Origin: a virus
Reading direction: 5' to 3' (one strand)
IMG/VR virus record: IMGVR_UViG_3300045988_004318
DNA: 5,757 nucleotides
A model generated the notes under the pieces. It did no database searches and was not told the origin of the DNA. It saw only the letters and a program-made list of their open reading frames with translations. Positions 5,549-5,757 of the stretch are shown one piece after another (position 1 is the stretch's first letter; every line of letters starts with the position of its first letter). The position numbers and the translations under genes were made by a program.

Positions 5549-5655
5549 TACTCTTCCTCCTTGTCGAGTTCCAGTGCGTGGTAAATTTTATCCAGCATGT
5601 GCAGGATTTTCTTCAGGTGTCGGAAAATTGCGTTGATGTCTTGTAAAGTTACCAT
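5548..5655 (-). CDS. Hypothetical 35-aa protein (MVTLQDINAIFRHLKKILHMLDKIYHALELDKEEE), predicted amphipathic helix
   Basis: GGAGG lies 9 nt before the ATG at 5655..5653. The TAA stop overlaps the next ATG, suggesting translational coupling. I/L spacing is heptad-like. The ORF is very short, so coding status is uncertain. Confidence 0.4.
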   Translation of the reverse strand: MVTLQDINAIFRHLKKILHMLDKIYHALELDKEEE

Positions 5656-5702
5656 TTTTTTCAGCCTCCTTTTGGTAATTTTGTTTATATTCCCATTCTA
5701 TC

Positions 5703-5757
5703 AAAAAAAAAATAAAACAAGGTGGAATTTTGTCCACCTTGCTGATTTTAGTTATTT
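5703..5757. repeat. Terminal direct repeat, copy B; duplicates the terminator and the last codons of the 51-aa ORF
   Basis: Identical to 1..55. Offset is 5702 nt. Confidence 0.95.

Noticed and set aside
54-5636. All plus-strand ORFs in the track: 54..260, 362..688, 544..768, 1655..2080, 1801..2001, 1833..2030, 2385..2783, 2788..3030, 3030..3254, 3049..3435, 3258..3455, 3482..3790, 3714..3899, 4240..4428, 4505..4720, 4549..5151, 5283..5636
   Set aside because: They are antisense shadows of well-supported minus-strand genes. Their translations are Cys/Phe/Leu-rich and low-complexity, I found no AGGAGG-type SD upstream, and none has a recognisable motif.
5660-5702. AT-rich junction region inspected for a dif/XerCD-like site or other attachment site suggesting lysogeny
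   Set aside because: I saw no convincing match to the dif consensus sequences I remember. There is no integrase gene and no host flanks, since the sequence closes on itself. Nothing in this window supports integration.
1-5757. tRNA, rRNA, CRISPR arrays, transposase or IS ends
   Set aside because: No spaced repeat arrays were seen, and no cloverleaf-like segments in the short intergenic regions. No transposase-like ORF is present, and coding density leaves no room for one.

Overview
The window is a complete circular Microviridae genome with gokushovirus-type gene content, not a chromosomal locus. Bases 1..55 are identical to 5703..5757, so the window is a 5,702-nt circle linearised with a 55-nt overlap. 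All credible genes lie on the minus strand, and most have an AGGAGG-type Shine-Dalgarno. Read along the minus strand across the junction, the order is: 35-aa ORF, 39-aa basic J/VP8-like DNA-binding peptide, 66-aa RHH-like ORF, VP5-like ORF, VP3 scaffold, VP1 major capsid, VP2 pilot protein, 55-aa RHH-like ORF (missing from the ORF track), VP4 HUH replication initiator, 51-aa acidic ORF, intrinsic terminator. The second-look items are regulatory or accessory. (1) Two perfect TTGACA-N17-TATAAT promoters share a GGTGTA-N7-GGTGTA-N7/8-CACAC box. (2) A promoter / RHH / hairpin / HUH-Rep arrangement resembles the copG-repB copy-control module of rolling-circle plasmids. (3) A self-contained promoter-ORF-terminator cassette encodes a small acidic protein. 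(4) Three strong hairpins are origin or regulatory candidates. (5) No comparable promoter precedes the structural operon. All functional calls rest on motif recognition by eye; no searches were run.
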